A DNA stretch of 64,000 nt from Macrostomum hystrix (taxonomy: Eukaryota > Animalia > Platyhelminthes), in contig CATNEN010000037.1 in NCBI GenBank assembly GCA_950097015.1, forward strand, positions 3,658,001-3,722,000. The letters run 5' to 3'. The position numbers were made by a program, and so were the translations under genes. Below are positions 60,016-64,000 of the stretch, in pieces. How positions within the stretch are numbered: the first letter of the stretch is position 1; each line of letters begins with the position of its first letter. The notes beneath the pieces were generated by a model. That model was not told the origin of the DNA. It ran no database searches and saw nothing but the letters and a program-made list of their open reading frames with translations.

Positions 60016-61066
60016 TTAACACCACAGCGGCCACCAGAGGAACGGCGAGAACAGCAGTGCACCGGCTGCGAAGCCTAAGGCGGCGTCGCCTGCGCAGCAC
60101 GATCGACAGCCGTAGCAGCTATGCCGGTGGCAGAACGGCGGCCTGCCATCTTCGTACACAACAATCGTGTTTCCGTCCGGGTGGTAGATCACCCTAGCTG
60201 GCACATTGTAGCCATTCTCTACGTAGACCACTCGCTGTGACTGGTACTGTCCCTGGTTAACTGGCTGGCCATAGCCGCTGGCGTACTGGTGCTGACTGTA
60301 GGCAGGCGGCGGCGGCGGCTGCTGGTACTGCCTGTACTGCTGATGCTGCCGCGGCGGCGGAGCGGACGCCGGTCGCGCATGGCGCACCTCTTCCAGCGTG
60401 CACAGCCAGGCGTCGGCGTCGTCGGCATCGTCGGCACAGAAGCGCCAGGTCTTGTCCGGAGTAGCCAAAGCGAACAGTGCATTGGGCGAGCGACCATCGG
60501 GCGGATCGACGCGGCAGGCTTCGCCTCGCGTTGTGCCACGAACCTCCACGGGGATGCAGATGGTCTCTTCGGCAAGCAGTTTGTCCGGAGATTCGAAGTA
60601 TTTTAGGTCGCCATTGGCATAGATGACTGCCCAGCATTTCTTCCAGCGGTGAAGGACGCCACCTATGGAAATATTCAAGCAAACTGTAATCAGGTATGCA
60701 TGCTGGGAGGGACTGAGCGGTCTAAAATAGCGTTTGCCTCTCGCACCAAGGTGCCTGAGCTCGATTCCGCGGCGAGACCAAGGCTTGTGGGCTTGTCGTG
60801 CAATTTACGACCTAGAGGGCCAACCTCCAAGGCGCAGTGAGAGTGTACACTGCCTGACGATTTTCGGCTTAGTCTATTGGCAAATCACATTTTTGAGGCC
60901 ACGATGAGTACTTTTGTCAGGCCAGATTGAATCTCAAACTTTATGGGATACTCAAAGTAGCTAATAAAAATATCCTTACTTCAACAAAAAACTTACTTTG
61001 CCGAAGCAGCCACCCAGCTTTCATAATCTGGAAGTCTTGACTAGTGCCAGCTCCAGCGCTTGCCAT
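60016..61066 (-). CDS. PLEKHB2: Pleckstrin homology domain-containing family B (evectin-like) protein, 2 exons
   Basis: Exon 1 61066-60997 (MASAGAGTSQDFQIMKAGWLLRQ, below ORF-track threshold) joins exon 2 60662-60016 to give KAGWLLRQSGVLHRWKKCW PH domain, a Pro/Gln/Tyr-rich region and a C-terminal hydrophobic anchor (GFAAGALLFSPFLWW). B1 versus B2 assignment is uncertain. Confidence 0.85.
60707..60862 (+). mobile_element. SINE family 1 copy, 3'-truncated, in PLEKHB intron
   Basis: tRNA-like head gggagggactgagcggtctaaa...gagctcgattcc followed by body up to gtgtacactgcctgacgat. Confidence 0.7.
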
Positions 61067-61979
61067 GATATTAGACGAATTCAATTGAACGTATCGACTA
61101 AAACTAAAATTCCAACCAAAATAACAAACGTTTGCTGACTTTAAAAGCTTGAGTCTGCTTGACTTAACAAGGCAGAAGAAATTAAGAGTCAGCTAGCTTT
61201 GACTATACAGCTAAATATGAAATGTTATCGCGATATTGTACAGTGTGTTGAACCGGGGTACAGGGGTACAGGGGTAGGAAGGAATTCTAGAACGTTCTAT
61301 CTCTCTCGCCTCAGAGAGTGATCAATAAGCGCGAGCTCGCGTACACGAGCTAAAAATAGAACATTCTAATGTCATGTGACTTCGGTTTGGCCATCCTGTT
61401 CTTTCGTTTGAATGTACAAGTGTGTCGCGTGCAATTTTTGGAGGGTAGGAGAGGCAACGAAGAAAACCAACTCAATTTTACTACTTTTAAGTAATAAGTG
61501 TACTCATAAATGCTCAACTTAACGTTAAGAAAACGTAGCATGTTGATACTCCATATTATGATTTATGAACCGCGTATCAACCTAAACGTTCCACGCTCTC
61601 ATGTGGAATATCATAGCTCGTGCAACAAGTACATATGTTCTAATTGCTAGCGTGTATATTAGATGTTTTATTTTAGTTGTTCAGAGACCAAGCACTGCCT
61701 AAAATCGATAAAAAAATACGCATTGTTCTCATGTTTATCGACCTTTATAAACTGCTTTCTTTGGGAAAATGACATGCAAAACTAAATTCTCCAGTCTCAA
61801 CTCTCCCATCTCAACTCTGAGATTCTCACTTTCATGCGAACTCACTAATGTCTCATGTTACATTAGCATGTTTTATGTCTTATCTCTCCCTGTTTCTCAT
61901 CTCTCCCATGTCTCATCTCTCTACGTCTCATCTCTTTCACGTCTCACCCCCTAATATCTCATCTATTCATGCTGTGTCT

Positions 61980-64000
61980 CATCTCTCCCCTGTCTAACCT
62001 CTCCCCTGTCTCACCTTTCCCATGTCTTACATTTCCCTTGTCTCATCTCTCCCTTGTCTCATCTCTCCCTTGTCTCATCTCTCCCTTGTCTCATCTCTCC
62101 CTTGTCTCATCTCTCCCTTGTCTCATCTCTCCCTTGTCTCATCTCTCCCTTGTCTCATCTCTCCCTTGTCTCATCTCTCTCTTGTCTCATCTCTCCCTTG
62201 TCTCATCTCTCCCTTGTCTCATCTCTCCTGTGTATTCTCTCTCCCCTGTCTTATCTCTCCCTTGTCTCATCTCTCCCGTGTCTCATCTCTCCTTTGTCTC
62301 ATCTCTCCCCTGTCTCATCTCTCCCGTGTCTCATCTCTCGTTTGTCTCATATCTCCCTTGTCTCATCTCTCCTGTGTATTATCTCTCCCCTGTCTCATCT
62401 CTCCTGTGTCTCATCTCTCCCGTGTCTCATCTCTCCCTTGTCTCGTCTCTCTTTTGTCTCATCTCTCCTGTGTATTATCTCTCCCCTTTCTCATCTCTCC
62501 CGTGTCTCATCTCTCCTTTGTCTCATCTCTCCCTTGTCTCATCTCTCCTGTGTATTATCTCTCCCCTGTCTCATCTCTCCCCTTTCTCATCTCTCCCGTG
62601 TCTCATCTCTCCTTTGTCTCATCTCTCCCCTGTCTCATCTCTCCCGTGTCTCATCTCTCCCCTGTCTCATCTTTCCCGTGTCTCATCTCTCGTTTGTATC
62701 ATCTCTCCCGTGTCTCATCTCTCCCCTGTCTCATCTTTCCCGTGTCTCATCTCTCGTTTGTATCATCTCTCCCGTGTCTCATCTCTCCCCTGTCTCATCT
62801 CTCCTTTGTCTCATCTCTCCCCTGTCTCATCTCTCCCCTGTCTCATCTCTCGTTTGTCTCATATCTCCCTTGTCTCATCTCTCCTGTGTATTATCTCTCC
62901 CCTGTCTCATCTCTCCTGTGTCTCATCTCTCCCGTGTCTCATCTCTCCCTTGTCTCGTCTCTCTTTTGTCTCATCTCTCCTGTGTATTATCTCTCCCCTG
63001 TCTCATCTCTCCCGTGTCTCATCTCTCCCTTGTCTCGTCTCTCTTTTGTCTCATCTCTCCTGTGTATTATCTCTCCCCTGTCTCATCTCTCCTGTGTCTC
63101 ATCTCTCCTGTGTCTCATCTCTCCCTTGTCTCGTCTCTCTTTTGTCTCATCTCTCCTGTGTATTATCTCTCCCCTTTCTCATCTCTCCCGTGTCTCATCT
63201 CTCCTTTGTCTCATCTCTCCCTTGTCTCATCTCTCCTGTGTATTATCTCTCCCCTGTCTCATCTCTCCCCTTTCTCATCTCTCCCCTGTCTCATCTCTCC
63301 TGTGTCTCATCTCTCCTGTGTCTCATCTCTCCCTTGTCTCGTCTCTCTTTTGTCTCATCTCTCCTGTGTATTATCTCTCCCCTTTCTCATCTCTCCCGTG
63401 TCTCATCTCTCCTTTGTCTCATCTCTCCCTTGTCTCATCTCTCCTGTGTATTATCTCTCCCCTGTCTCATCTCTCCCCTTTCTCATCTCTCCCCTGTCTC
63501 ATCTCTCCTGTGTCTCATCTCTCCTGTGTCTCATCTCTCCCTTGTCTCGTCTCTCTTTTGTCTCATCTCTCCTGTGTATTATCTCTCCCCTGTCTCATCT
63601 CTCCCCTTTCTCATCTCTCCCGTGTCCCATCTCTCCTTTGTCTCATCTCTCCCCTGTCTCATCTCTCCTGTGTATTATCTCTCCCCTGTCTCATCTCTCC
63701 CGTGTCTCATCTCTCCCTTGTCTCATCTCTCCCGTGTCTCATCTCTCCCCTTTCTCATCTCTCCCGTGTCTCATCTCTCCTTTGTCTCATCTCTCCCCTG
63801 TCTCATCTCTCCTGTGTATTATCTCTCCCCTGTCTCATCTCTCCCGTGTCTCATCTATCCCTTGTCTCATCTCCCCCCTGTCTCATGTCTCCCCTGTCTC
63901 ATCTATCCCTTGTCTCATCTCCCCCCTGTCTCATGTCTCCCCTGTCTCATCTCTCCCCTGTCTTATCTCTCCCCTGTCTTATGTCTCCCATGTCTTTCCC
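61980..64000. repeat. 16 bp pyrimidine-rich minisatellite (tgtctcatctctcccc), same family as 47955-49810 but inverted; runs off the window
   Basis: Reverse complement of gagagatgagacacgg units, with higher-order variants containing tgtgtattatctctcc. Confidence 0.96.

Overview
Eukaryotic (animal) genomic DNA with GC-rich exons, AT-rich introns and many intronic minisatellites. This pattern resembles a free-living flatworm such as Macrostomum (inference; no database check). Spliced genes reconstructed by hand from GT-AG junctions are, on the minus strand: CDC6, NGDN, NDUFS2, a 17-exon NACHT/WD40 (NWD1/2-like) gene, three tandem secreted fibrinogen-domain (FReD) genes, RHBDD1 and PLEKHB-like; BBS9 is on the plus strand. 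Mobile DNA comprises one frameshifted Tc1 (DD34E) copy, two tRNA-derived SINE families (one with a MIR CORE-like segment) and MITE-like elements. The most unusual observation is the FReD triplet. Each gene carries two copies of an unrecognised domain whose cores (350 and 438 bp) are about 98-100% identical between paralogues, with edges inside exons, while the signal peptides, linkers, introns and FReD domains are strongly diverged, giving a constant/variable mosaic. The 5' coding exons of RHBDD1 and NGDN also lack an ATG and open in frame at a 3' splice site, as expected if the flatworm spliced leader donates the AUG.
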